Positions 35,073 to 45,101 of a DNA stretch of 64,000 bases are shown one piece after another. The translations under genes and the position numbers were made by a program. Below the pieces are notes generated by a model. That model was not told the DNA's origin. It ran no database searches and worked only from the letters and a program-made list of their open reading frames with translations. Origin of the DNA: a virus (Duplodnaviria; Caudoviricetes). Every line of letters begins with the position of its first letter. Positions within the stretch are counted from its first letter, which is position 1. Location: IMG/VR virus record IMGVR_UViG_3300015606_001334, positions 64,001-128,000 of that record, one strand, 5' to 3'.

Positions 35073-35713
35073 AGTCCGATCATTTCTCGGCAAATAATGA
35101 CTCGCCAAATTCCTTTTAGGATTTCAGTGGACATTTCATCAGGATGCATTCCGTCGAGATGCGGATTTGCAGGATCCCAAAGCTTGAAGGTATTACGGAT
35201 CCAACGACCAACAGAGTGGTGGAATTGAATCATGTCGGATTCTTTTTGACACTTGAGAATCTGGACAATGTCTTCACCTCGAATGTTCTTTACCATGTAC
35301 TCAAGGATCTGCTCAGCTGTCCAATAGACGCCTTCTTCCGCGGGAATGTAGTTGATACCAACTTCCTTGGCTTCTTGTTCGGTTTCAACTTCAGTTTCGA
35401 TATGATTACGCGAAGAATTATGCGGGGCAATAGGGACAGTGGCACAAAGAATTTTCACTTCGCGGCCATCACCCACTGCAACAATTTCCTCAGTAATTTG
35501 AGGCTTCTGATATTTCTGAGCGAGTTGCGCAATTTCCCAGGCCGCTTGCCAAACTTCCCAAGCTGATTGTTTACCCGACATGACCGTGTATCGGCCATTT
35601 GGGTATTTGTGACGATCGTATTCGAGAGTTTCGGCAGGATGCCAATTCGCATGTTGATCGCGTTTTTGTTGAGAATACCAATCCTCAAATTCTAATCTTA
35701 TTTTGTCCATCAT
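35069..35713 (-). CDS. hypothetical protein
   Basis: C-terminal H..VGRWIRN...LW...HPDEMS conserved-looking domain. Confidence 0.6.
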   Translation of the reverse strand: MMDKIRLEFEDWYSQQKRDQHANWHPAETLEYDRHKYPNGRYTVMSGKQSAWEVWQAAWEIAQLAQKYQKPQITEEIVAVGDGREVKILCATVPIAPHNSSRNHIETEVETEQEAKEVGINYIPAEEGVYWTAEQILEYMVKNIRGEDIVQILKCQKESDMIQFHHSVGRWIRNTFKLWDPANPHLDGMHPDEMSTEILKGIWRVIICREMIGL

Positions 35714-35857
35714 CTAAAGCTCTTATAGTTTTGATTAACGAAATCTCTTGCTTCTTTCCAAAGAGGGTAGTAAACAACTCTGCCTGAGCAGAAATCCATT
35801 TTTGTCCCCCATTGCTTTGGAAATTTGCAACCGTCCTTCTTTGTTTCTTTTATGAAC

Positions 35858-36202
35858 TCACAGTTCAGGCACGTCGGCCGCTTTATCCCCATAAGGTTTC
35901 CTTGAATACATTTCACACATCCCATGAGGATTTTCAAAGAACGTGATATGAGGAGAAAAGTCAGGAGATGCACAGCCCCAACCAACGACATTCGAAACTG
36001 CGGTCTTCACGAGAACTGCACGATTCCATGGATGACCGGTAATGGGTTTCTGATGGACACAATTGCAACAGCAACACCCATCACGATTGTGTTCCTTGTC
36101 AGCCCACCCCTTAAGGCAGTAATCCTGAGACTCTGCCTTAACGAGGGCCAGGGAAATCCGTTCTCTATCCTCAAAAGGATAATGATTCAGATTTCTGTCC
36201 AT
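35858..36202 (-). CDS. Cys-rich hypothetical protein
   Basis: CCCNC, GC, HGMCEM. Confidence 0.5.
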   Translation of the reverse strand: MDRNLNHYPFEDRERISLALVKAESQDYCLKGWADKEHNRDGCCCCNCVHQKPITGHPWNRAVLVKTAVSNVVGWGCASPDFSPHITFFENPHGMCEMYSRKPYGDKAADVPEL

Positions 36203-36786
36203 CAGTCTGCTCCGTGATGGTCGATTGGTTGCCACGTTTTCTTTGCCATGGTTTTCTTAACCTGCTCGTATGAGACAGGATAGAAATCCCAGCAGTCAAC
36301 ACCAATGTCAAAGCTTCGAGAAGTAGGGTCGTCAGGAAGTGAGCCATGGCTATGACCATACAGATGAAACGCTCCATGATGAGACTTATTCCAAACACGC
36401 ATAGCGTAATGGCATAGAGTGATAGACTGCCGACCACCACGAGCATCAGTATCTGCAACATAGATTTCCTTAAACGGTGCTTTACTGAATGATTGGAAAC
36501 ACTTCATGACTCGCTCATTGTACATAGCTTTGTCATGATTTCCAGATACGAAATGCTTCTCACCATTCATGCTTTGAAGGATTTCGATAATGTTCTCAGG
36601 ATCGCTATAGAAAGCAAAATCCCCGATAAAATAGACTATGTCCTTCTTCGTGACAACCTCGTTATGACGTGTGATCAATTCTCTATCCATCTCGTACACG
36701 GTACCAAACGGTCGATTCGCGTATTTGAGGATGTTCTTATGACCAAAATGATGGTCTGAAGCAAAAAATGTTCTTCGATTGTCCAT
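36202..36786 (-). CDS. calcineurin-like metallophosphoesterase
   Basis: SDHHFGH, GDF, GNHD, CHY, GHSHG. Confidence 0.9.
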   Translation of the reverse strand: MDNRRTFFASDHHFGHKNILKYANRPFGTVYEMDRELITRHNEVVTKKDIVYFIGDFAFYSDPENIIEILQSMNGEKHFVSGNHDKAMYNERVMKCFQSFSKAPFKEIYVADTDARGGRQSITLCHYAMRVWNKSHHGAFHLYGHSHGSLPDDPTSRSFDIGVDCWDFYPVSYEQVKKTMAKKTWQPIDHHGAD

Positions 36787-36815
36787 TTGTTTTTCTTTCT
36801 TCTGTTATTTGGTGA

Positions 36816-37313
36816 TTATATCATAGAATCGGAGTTGTGTAAACTCCAATTCAAATCCAGCGGCTCGAATTTAATTTTGGACGGCTTCAGACAAAAATCA
36901 GGAATTTCGATCAGCGAATGATCGAAATCCTTCGGAACGGAGTACGATAAAGTAATGTGGGGAATGTAGTCGTCAAAATCGTGTTGAGCACCCTCTTGTA
37001 TCAATAGCTCATGAACGTCAATTAGCGGATCTGCATCTAGCAACATTACTAAACACGCGCTATCGTCTTCATGTTGTCCAAGCAGTGTAAAACCTGAAGG
37101 ACAAAAGCTTTGCGCATTTGGCAGATGAATATCTTCACCAACTGGGCAAGGAAAATCTTTACGACTATAGACAACTGTAGTATGGATTTGCTCTTTTGGA
37201 ACCGGCATAGGGATCAAATCGTTTTGACCTTCTAGCCAAATCTGCAGTTTATGCAAACTTTCCTCATCATAAGAACAAGAGGCATAGATACCAGTTTGAC
37301 GACGTTCTTCCAT
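36816..37313 (-). CDS. 2H phosphoesterase, Acb1 (T4 gp57B)-like anti-CBASS nuclease
   Basis: GIYA, HTTVVYSR, H..L...GA.HDF.DY.PHITLSY, EPLD..W. Confidence 0.85.
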   Translation of the reverse strand: MEERRQTGIYASCSYDEESLHKLQIWLEGQNDLIPMPVPKEQIHTTVVYSRKDFPCPVGEDIHLPNAQSFCPSGFTLLGQHEDDSACLVMLLDADPLIDVHELLIQEGAQHDFDDYIPHITLSYSVPKDFDHSLIEIPDFCLKPSKIKFEPLDLNWSLHNSDSMI

Positions 37314-37780
37314 TACTTTTGAAACTCCGCTAATTCAAAACGACCATCTTCGAACTCTTGAATCGGCCTGACCCAAATTCGGCCTTCCCAGACCTGTTCA
37401 TAGATTGCGACAGGCGTCTGGTCCTTTTCGATCTTGCCATATCCAATGACTTCGTAAATGCCACGAGTCTTAACATGACGAACGGTTTGGCCACGAGGAA
37501 ACTTCCGCTCAGAGTCCATCGCGGATTGTCTCTTCTTAATGGCAATGCGTTTTTCAGCGCCTGCGTCGCGACCAATCGCATAAGCTTCATGCTCATCCGT
37601 GCCTTCCTTAAACGGGTTGCAATAATCATCTTTGCCATCTAGCCCATGCCCGTAACCGGATTCATAGGCGTTGCAAATCGTGTACACCTTTGAGACCATT
37701 TCAGTACTCGCAGGCCTTAAACGCCTTCGAGATTGCTTCGTGCGCGGCATCAAGAGAAATGGCGGGATAATGGGTATCAT
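37313..37780 (-). CDS. protein with C-terminal DUF1653-like SH3 domain
   Basis: VRH.K.G.Y.V......Y......WVRP..EF..GRF. Confidence 0.6.
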   Translation of the reverse strand: MIPIIPPFLLMPRTKQSRRRLRPASTEMVSKVYTICNAYESGYGHGLDGKDDYCNPFKEGTDEHEAYAIGRDAGAEKRIAIKKRQSAMDSERKFPRGQTVRHVKTRGIYEVIGYGKIEKDQTPVAIYEQVWEGRIWVRPIQEFEDGRFELAEFQK

Positions 37781-38272
37781 CGGTGTAGGTTCCGATTTCT
37801 ACCATCGGCGTATCATTTTGTTGAGGCTTTGCCTTAACGTAACGAATGTTCCCGAGAGGAATAACAACGTTACCAATTTTTACTGGGAAGAACTTGAACT
37901 TGTCGCTACCAACTACTTGCATTTAAAACTCCTTATTGATTTTCAGGCCAAATTACCGCATCTGCTTTACCGGTCAAAACTAACCAAGCTGCGCGGATTC
38001 TCCAAGATATGGGCCCAGACAAAGGTCTCGCGGGAACCCATTTACCGTTGATTTGAGCTTGTGTGCTCACGGCTTGCTCGAGCAAGCTTCTTAGTGTATA
38101 AATCATTTCATATTCTTCACTTTAACATTTCCGCATTTTTCGCATTGGAGATGATACCGAGTAAATCGGTCGCAAACCTCATCCCAATCATCAGTGACTG
38201 TCACTGTAACGTCATTGATGATTTTCCATTTGTGCTCACACCCACCGAACAGCATCCGCCAGAATTTAAGAA

Positions 38273-38857
38273 TCATGAACAGAATGCTCTTTCTAGATTG
38301 TGGAACTTGATGTACCGAGTTTCGGGATCATCTGACATGTGATAAATCGTAACTTCAATGTTGTACACATCACCAAGCCGATTCTTACCATTACAGTAAG
38401 CACTCACGTATTCTCGATAAGTATTGCCAGATTTCGTATCTTCGATAGAAACGTAGACATGTTTCGGGTTTGAGATACCAATGAGCTTGTAACTTCTAAT
38501 CTCAGTGCTGTCAGTTACCGAGTGATTTCTGTTAGCGTTGATTTGCTTTCCCAGCTCGGACATCACGGTGTCCGTTGACATCACAAACATTGGAAAAGTA
38601 ATGATCGCCATTGAAATCAGTCCAACCTTATACCAACCATCGACATTAGACAGGAAGCGATTCAACGCTGTCAGTCGTTCATATTTTGGGTCAACCTTGT
38701 CAAGGCCACAGCGGATCGGCATAATAACAAGACAGTACAAACCTAAACCGATAATGACTAGCACAACCCAAGAAAGGCCCCAAGCCAACCCGTGCATGAC
38801 GAAGGCGAAGGCGAATGTCAAAATCGAATAAAGGACGGAGAAGAATGTTTCAATCAT
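38273..38857 (-). CDS. membrane protein
   Basis: three hydrophobic helices. Confidence 0.6.
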   Translation of the reverse strand: MIETFFSVLYSILTFAFAFVMHGLAWGLSWVVLVIIGLGLYCLVIMPIRCGLDKVDPKYERLTALNRFLSNVDGWYKVGLISMAIITFPMFVMSTDTVMSELGKQINANRNHSVTDSTEIRSYKLIGISNPKHVYVSIEDTKSGNTYREYVSAYCNGKNRLGDVYNIEVTIYHMSDDPETRYIKFHNLERAFCS

Positions 38858-39696
38858 ATTTCAGTATTCCAGCGAAGTTTCTTATGGAGAACCTCAAAGA
38901 AGTTCCAATTTTCGCCGTGCATAAGTACAGCAGATTGGTTCGCCTTCGAGAAGCTAAATAGCCGATCAATTCGACGGCAAGGCGGAGTGTAATCATCTCC
39001 ACCGCCATCGTCGATAGAATCAAATTCGCTGATCACTTGACCATCAGCTATGAGGTTGTACTTTACGCCGTCTCGCAAAGAAAGCTTGACGGAAACTTTT
39101 GAATTCTCGCTAACGACAACACTTCGAGAATTCAGCGACATTGCCGCAATAGGAGTGATTTGGAAAACGCCGGCATCAGGCTGGAGAATTGCGCCGCCAA
39201 CTGAAAGGGAATATGCAGTCGATCCAGTCGGTGATGAGATGATCAACCCGTTAGCATGGTGTGCACCACTGCTGATACCATCGACATAGAATTCGTATTT
39301 GATGGTATCCTTTGCCAGAACCGGAGAAATCACGAACTCATTGATCGCATTTCGACGGGTGGTCGACTCATGGATAATCGAGCGAGGTTCAAGCTTGAAC
39401 TTGCCATTCGCAATGGCAATGACTGTTTCTTCGACCTGCTCGGGTTGAAATTCAGCGAGGAAGCCGATCTTACCGATGTTGAAGCCAATTGCTGGCTCAG
39501 CGTACTCTTTAGAGAGTCGCATGGCATGCAGCATAGTCCCATCACCACCAACAGCAACAAACAATGCTGCATCTTCGGGGCTTGAAACTTCTTCCCATTG
39601 AACTGCACTTGCGACATTTCGGATTCGAGCGACGATACTTGAGACTCGTTGGGAATCAGCATCGTCGAGTTTCTTGATGATGTAGAACTTCATCAT
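38854..39696 (-). CDS. nadK: NAD kinase
   Basis: GGDGT, G.IGFL, NE, SPTGSTAYSLSVGG, DGQ. Confidence 0.9.
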   Translation of the reverse strand: MMKFYIIKKLDDADSQRVSSIVARIRNVASAVQWEEVSSPEDAALFVAVGGDGTMLHAMRLSKEYAEPAIGFNIGKIGFLAEFQPEQVEETVIAIANGKFKLEPRSIIHESTTRRNAINEFVISPVLAKDTIKYEFYVDGISSGAHHANGLIISSPTGSTAYSLSVGGAILQPDAGVFQITPIAAMSLNSRSVVVSENSKVSVKLSLRDGVKYNLIADGQVISEFDSIDDGGGDDYTPPCRRIDRLFSFSKANQSAVLMHGENWNFFEVLHKKLRWNTEI

Positions 39697-40436
39697 TACA
39701 CCTCGTACCGAGCAACTTCGACGTGTTCGATTTGACGGGCTTTGAGCAACTTCGGCTCAAGAATGCGGATTCGAGAAATCTTGAGGGCCTTCTTTTCGCC
39801 CTTCCATTCCCGCCAATCAGGACGTTCAGAAGCAAAGCGTAGGGCACGCTCCATCATGACATCAATGACTTCCTTCGGCGGAACTTCATCAAAGAAGATT
39901 GCTACACTCATGTAGGCTGGCCATTTGTTTGGTTTAGTCTTACTTTTTGCTTCAACGAGTTCGCTTTCCAACCGAACTTTAGTTCGCTCGCAAGCTTCCT
40001 TAGTCCAACCACCTGGCTTATCATCAGGCTCAAAATTGCCGGTTGAAAGCCGTTCATTTACCATATTTAATTGACCCGCGCTATAGGCCTTTACGCTTTC
40101 GTAATGGTCTTTTATTGCTTGTTCTTCAGTTGATGGATTGTCAAGATAATGCTTACCCATACCATTATTGTACCAGCCTGGAGTTGGCCAAATACTTGCA
40201 GGACGATGACAACCGTGGTCGTCTGATTCCGAGACGATGTGCTCTTCGATCCATTCGAGAGTATTGTTGAAGGTATCTTGAGCAAGTTCTTCGAGGGCGT
40301 TTTCAATCAGCTCATCGCCGACACCACAATCACCAACTTGTCCAGTAATGAACGCGCACATTGGGCGCTCAAAATTACCGGAATACTCGTTGGTATCGAT
40401 TGCAACGACAACACTCGTAACGTTTTCTGCGGCCAT
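39696..40436 (-). CDS. hypothetical phage protein
   Basis: 246 aa, GAGGA SD, promoter-like motif upstream. Confidence 0.7.
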   Translation of the reverse strand: MAAENVTSVVVAIDTNEYSGNFERPMCAFITGQVGDCGVGDELIENALEELAQDTFNNTLEWIEEHIVSESDDHGCHRPASIWPTPGWYNNGMGKHYLDNPSTEEQAIKDHYESVKAYSAGQLNMVNERLSTGNFEPDDKPGGWTKEACERTKVRLESELVEAKSKTKPNKWPAYMSVAIFFDEVPPKEVIDVMMERALRFASERPDWREWKGEKKALKISRIRILEPKLLKARQIEHVEVARYEV

Positions 40437-40489
40437 CTTTAATTCCTCATCGGGTTAATATGTGAATTATATCACACTTTAGCAAAAAT

Positions 40490-40762
40490 TTAAACGTTTG
40501 GGTCGTTATGCCAAGACGTAAAAAGCTTGAGCTTCTTTTCCATTCGCTCAGCCATAAAATCGCCGTCTAGCTCGAAATTCTTCGAGACAAGCATACATGA
40601 AGCAATGACATCAGCCATTTCTTCTTCAAGCCGTCTTTTCATGGATCCTTTTCCGTCAGGATGTTGGTCAGTATCCATGAATGCTTGCTTCTTCGCCGCG
40701 ATCTGTATAAGTTCGCCGCATTCCTCAATGAGCTTTGTCAACCCATTAGCATGCATCGTCAT
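40490..40762 (-). CDS. MazG-like nucleotide pyrophosphohydrolase
   Basis: EECGELIQ...K...EEMADV. Confidence 0.8.
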   Translation of the reverse strand: MTMHANGLTKLIEECGELIQIAAKKQAFMDTDQHPDGKGSMKRRLEEEMADVIASCMLVSKNFELDGDFMAERMEKKLKLFTSWHNDPNV

Positions 40763-41351
40763 TTCTTACAGTCCTTTATGTCGCCTTTGCCAGAAGCTAC
40801 AGCTTGGTAACAAGCTTTTTCGACTTCTTTCTTCTGCCAACTATCGAAAGCGCTACCACCTGCGATAGTCAAAAATAGAACGGAAAGACAAATTGATTCC
40901 CACTTGCTCATTACAGCTCACCTTTCTTAGCACGTTCTGCACCTTTATATTCTGCAGCCGTAACAGCCCCCGCCAACAGAGCTATTACAATGTAGAACTT
41001 GAGGCTGAGCAGTGTCGAAACCGACACCGGAAAAATCAAAGCCAATGCGATTCCGTTTAGTACACCGGCAAGAGTGAATCGAAAATTCATGCGGATAATC
41101 CTTTACTTTCTAAAAATGCATCCCAAAGATAACCATCTTCCATCGCCACAGTTAGGGTGTGTCCATTACAAATAACTCTTTCACCATGACAATTGTCCAT
41201 AATGAATTCGGCGTATTCTTCGGAATATTGAAGATCATCCAATTCTTGTTCAGCGACACACATGACAGCGAATCTCCAAAGAGAATAGTAAAATGAGGTT
41301 TAGGTTTGGCTGCTAATGGATGAACTCAATCATCCATTAGCAGATGAAGTA

Positions 41352-41486
41352 TTACTTGGATTCTTTCTTTACAGTTACTTCAGCTTCGATTTTTTCTTTC
41401 AAAGATTCTGGAGTAGACTGTTCACCGGAACGGATAGAGAAAGAGTCGCTGCTGGTGTAGCTCTTAAAACCGAATTTGAACTTCAT
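41352..41486 (-). CDS. 44-aa peptide downstream of radical SAM gene (not in ORF track)
   Basis: TAAGGAG SD; MKFKFGFKSYTSSDSF... Confidence 0.6.
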   Translation of the reverse strand: MKFKFGFKSYTSSDSFSIRSGEQSTPESLKEKIEAEVTVKKESK

Positions 41487-41536
41487 GTTGGTCTCCTTAA
41501 GGACGTTGATAACAATACTGCTTGCGCAAGTATTTA

Positions 41537-42703
41537 TTATTTTACGTGCTTAATGGGGATTTCTCGGTTTGCTCGAGTTGTACCAGGAACGTTGCCAATT
41601 ACCTCATCGTCATACAATGAGTACACAGGGCAAAGGTAGCATTCCTTCGCAATGTGACTATTGTCCTGACAAATCAGTTTATGACGGAAACGTTCTACTT
41701 CAGGGTGATGCCACACATCCTTGTCGAAGTCTTGGGCTTCCTTCAGGTCGATACCCTTCCAGTCAGGATGGTCTTCGGTGAAGGAACAGTGCCAATAGAT
41801 ACCTTCAACGTTGGCGTAACCAGAGAAGCGATTGCTTTCACAAGATTCGCTCATCATGGAATAGTGCTCGAAATCCGGATGACCCTTCATCGCGGCAAGG
41901 AAGATTGGTGCCGTACAGGAGTCGAAACCGATGTTGACGCCCTTTTCCATGGCGAGGTCGATCAGTTCACGATACTTCGTAACGTCCTTGAGGATGTTCA
42001 TCTTATTGCGCTTGCCCTTCGGCTTCAGGGTAAGGAACAGAACCGCCTTCAGACCTTTCAGACGAGGATCGGAAGCTGCGTCATTGATGACTTCCTTACA
42101 CTTCTCGAAGGTTTCTTCAGCGATCAATTGGTGGATCGTGACTTGAGTCATACCGCCCTTGATCAGCTTTTCGACTGCGTCATAGCAAACGTCCTTTGGT
42201 TGGTAGACGCTGACCGCAACGCCACCACAATGCTCGACGAGAGTCTTGACCCATTCGTCCGTTATGCCATGGCCATTAGTCGTCAGGTTAGGGATAACAC
42301 CCGGATTGTGATCGTTTTCACGACAATATTTGAACATGTCCACCAGATCCGGATTTGACCAGATGTCACCGATACCAAATGCGATCTGGGTAAGGGTCTT
42401 CGGCAGCTTGTTGAAGATGTCCTTGAACGTGTCGAGGGTCATGTTGCGGCCGACTTGAGTGTTGCTCTTATAGCACCACGAGCACGGAGTAGCAGGTTGA
42501 TCAGGACTTTTGGGAATACCTTGACAGACCTCGGAAACCTCCAGGTCGAACAGCTCGAGAAGACCGTACTTCGGATCATCATCAGTAGTCTTGCCCCAAC
42601 GAGCAAATTCACCGTTATTGGTATTGAACCAATAGTTGTAGTCTTCACTCATCACTCGCTTTTCGCCAGTATCTTTGTTGTAAATTACGAGAACTTTACT
42701 CAT
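41537..42703 (-). CDS. radical SAM protein with C-terminal SPASM/twitch-like cysteines
   Basis: C-x11-CxxCY variant triad, NLTTNG, AVS, GFDSC, CES, G..HCSF, CP. Confidence 0.8.
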   Translation of the reverse strand: MSKVLVIYNKDTGEKRVMSEDYNYWFNTNNGEFARWGKTTDDDPKYGLLELFDLEVSEVCQGIPKSPDQPATPCSWCYKSNTQVGRNMTLDTFKDIFNKLPKTLTQIAFGIGDIWSNPDLVDMFKYCRENDHNPGVIPNLTTNGHGITDEWVKTLVEHCGGVAVSVYQPKDVCYDAVEKLIKGGMTQVTIHQLIAEETFEKCKEVINDAASDPRLKGLKAVLFLTLKPKGKRNKMNILKDVTKYRELIDLAMEKGVNIGFDSCTAPIFLAAMKGHPDFEHYSMMSESCESNRFSGYANVEGIYWHCSFTEDHPDWKGIDLKEAQDFDKDVWHHPEVERFRHKLICQDNSHIAKECYLCPVYSLYDDEVIGNVPGTTRANREIPIKHVK

Positions 42704-42757
42704 TTTTCAGCCTTGGTTAGAAGATGATGAATTATAAAATGCTTTCACGAAAAAGTA

Positions 42758-42784
42758 AATGAGGACCTATAAAAGATCCTCATT
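42758..42784 (-). terminator. intrinsic terminator
   Basis: AATGAGGA/TCCTCATT stem + TACTTTTT. Confidence 0.65.
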
Positions 42785-42800
42785 CTTTCAAGAAGGTTTA

Positions 42801-43535
42801 TTACTTCTTTTCTGTGACAGTAGCGGTAGTCTTGGCTTCTTCGATTACGGAAGAAATGACGTTAGCAAACATCAGTTCAGAAATCTTGTTGTAGATGCCT
42901 TGAGAGAACTTGAAGATGTTCTCGACCAGACCTACGACCAGCTCTTGTAGTACGACGGAACACATCGAGATCGGCCAGTAGACGATCCACGAAGTGATCA
43001 GGGACTTCTTCTTGCCAGCCTGGAAGTTAACCTTTTCGAGGATCTTTTCAGTCGTCAGAGAGTTTTGATCTTCAGCAAGCAGATGGCTGGTGTAAAGGTT
43101 GTTCTCAGCAAGATAGCGGCAAGAAGTATTGACAGCTTCACACAGTTCGCTGACATACTTTTCATGCGAAGCACGATTGCTAGCATCGCGATCTTCCCAT
43201 TTCGTCTTGATCTTACCAATCACTTGAACCAGATCGGTTGCGCACTTGCGAATGTAAGATGCCCATTTGAAGAAGGACCAAACCAAACCGGCTACCAGAT
43301 AGAAGCCAATGTACGGAATGTCATTGCTCAACGAGCTCAGGAAAGCGGTGTATTCAGCCCAGGAATGGTTATAGATGTAGATGCCAGACAAAGCAGCGAG
43401 AACGATCACTGCAACGGTCGTAGCTGCCGCTGGTTCTTCTTCATTCAGAAAGGCGGCAATACCAACGCAACCACCAAGAGTGATTGCAACCATCAGCCAA
43501 GAGATTTCGGCCAGCATCAGAAAAATTTCAGTCAT
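42801..43535 (-). CDS. membrane protein
   Basis: hydrophobic helices; Y...G..WS..KW and I..WI.YWP.S motifs. Confidence 0.65.
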   Translation of the reverse strand: MTEIFLMLAEISWLMVAITLGGCVGIAAFLNEEEPAAATTVAVIVLAALSGIYIYNHSWAEYTAFLSSLSNDIPYIGFYLVAGLVWSFFKWASYIRKCATDLVQVIGKIKTKWEDRDASNRASHEKYVSELCEAVNTSCRYLAENNLYTSHLLAEDQNSLTTEKILEKVNFQAGKKKSLITSWIVYWPISMCSVVLQELVVGLVENIFKFSQGIYNKISELMFANVISSVIEEAKTTATVTEKK

Positions 43536-43549
43536 TTACAGCTCCTTGG

Positions 43550-44425
43550 TTAAAGTTCGAGAATAGTTTCGCCGTTCTTTGCTTTTGCAGTAACAGCTTC
43601 AAAGGGGATCGGATCAGCGGCGTTGAAGATCACGTCAAGGTAGTTTGACGTCCGCTTGGCGGGAGGCATGTCCAGCTCAACAACACGACTGCGAGGGAAC
43701 TTAGTTCCTGCTGCAGGTCGATGCTTTTCAGGAATCGTCATGCGCTCGTCTTCGGTCATTTCGATCTGGAAGGTCTTACGCTGCACGTAAGTTCCACGCT
43801 TAAAGAAAGCGGGATAGTCATTCCAGTTGATACCCTTCTGAGACCAGAGAAGTTCCTGCTTTTCAGAACCCTTCAGACCCTGGAGGCTCTTATGAGAGAA
43901 GTACGCATGAGCTGCCATAGAGATGGAGTTCTTCGTTGCGTCAAGCTCTCGCCACAGGAAGGCTTCAGCAGCCAGCTCTTTGGTTGGGACTTGCCAGACC
44001 CGGCAGTCGAATACCGGAACTTGCATAGCCTTTTCAGGGACATTTTCAAGGATGAGCTTCATGAACTTAACAGAAGCCAGACCAGAAAGGACAGACGTAA
44101 GTTTCTGGATACGGCCGTCGAACATGTATTCTGCCGCACCATCTGCGGGAATAAACCACACGAGAGAAATCTCGTCGGATTGGGTATAACCGATCTTGGC
44201 ATGAGTTTCTTCAACCAGATATTTGGTCGTTTCGATCATGCAGGTAGAAAGTCGTTCATCGTATGGGCGCTTCAGACCACGGGTAAAGGTATGAAATGAG
44301 CGACCATCCAGACGGGCAAGAAGAGGGATACCCTTCATAGCACGAACCCCTGCGAATTGCATTTCGTAATCTTTCATACGATCCCCAAGGGCATCTTTTT
44401 CTTTTGACATCTTAATCTCCTTCAA
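43550..44425 (-). CDS. thg1: tRNA-His guanylyltransferase Thg1-like 3'-5' polymerase
   Basis: RMK.YE, RLDGRSFH, YTQSDEISL, FDGRIQK, FDCR, WR..DA..NS, INW..P..K.G. Confidence 0.92.
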   Translation of the reverse strand: MKEIKMSKEKDALGDRMKDYEMQFAGVRAMKGIPLLARLDGRSFHTFTRGLKRPYDERLSTCMIETTKYLVEETHAKIGYTQSDEISLVWFIPADGAAEYMFDGRIQKLTSVLSGLASVKFMKLILENVPEKAMQVPVFDCRVWQVPTKELAAEAFLWRELDATKNSISMAAHAYFSHKSLQGLKGSEKQELLWSQKGINWNDYPAFFKRGTYVQRKTFQIEMTEDERMTIPEKHRPAAGTKFPRSRVVELDMPPAKRTSNYLDVIFNAADPIPFEAVTAKAKNGETILEL

Positions 44426-44512
44426 AAAGTAAGGAGATTATAATACGAGTTTCAAGAAAATGAAACTGATTTTCACAAATTGATTACTTCTGCCTGATCT
44501 TGAAACAAAAAG

Positions 44513-44532
44513 AGGGTGCCCTAGGGCACCCT
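44513..44532 (-). terminator. intrinsic terminator
   Basis: AGGGTGCC-CTAG-GGCACCCT + CTTTTT. Confidence 0.8.
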
Positions 44533-44549
44533 TCTTAGGAGCATGATGG

Positions 44550-44889
44550 TTACTTCGTCGGGGAGAAGTGAATAACTTCCTTACCACGCTCGTCTTGGAA
44601 CTTGCCGTTGATGAATTCGATGAACTTGAGGGACAGGTGTTGGCCCTTGAGGTTGAACATCTGACGAAGCCTTTTAAGGGTGAGATCCTTAGCCTGCTTG
44701 TCGACGTCCGTCCGAGCGTTCTTGCGCGGACCGTAATGGTCAACCACGTCCTTCTTCACCTTCTTTGCTTGGCCTTCTACCGTGACGTAGACGACCCCCG
44801 CTGTTGATAACAACCTCGCGAAACATATTTTCCAAGCCAGAAAGATCACGTTCCTGGCGACCAACGTCGGATTCAGATTTCGTGTTCAT
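44550..44889 (-). pseudogene. hypothetical gene split by +1 frameshift at G5 run (44795-44799)
   Basis: GGAG SD + ATG 44889; removing one G joins ...VVINSG to VVYVTVEGQ...FSPTK. Confidence 0.55.
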
Positions 44890-45101
44890 GACTATCTCCA
44901 TCGGGTTGAGGGTTGTTGCAACTTGTAGCATCCAACTAGTACAGCTACGATTACATAATAACACTTCCTAAGCCGTTGTAAACTGTCTCTGTGAAAATAT
45001 TTTTCATGGTAGGAATAAACCACTCCGGAATTGTGTGCTTAATCGGTGAACCTAATAAATAGCATAAGATTCATACCATCAGAAAGACCAAACCGACAAG
45101 G

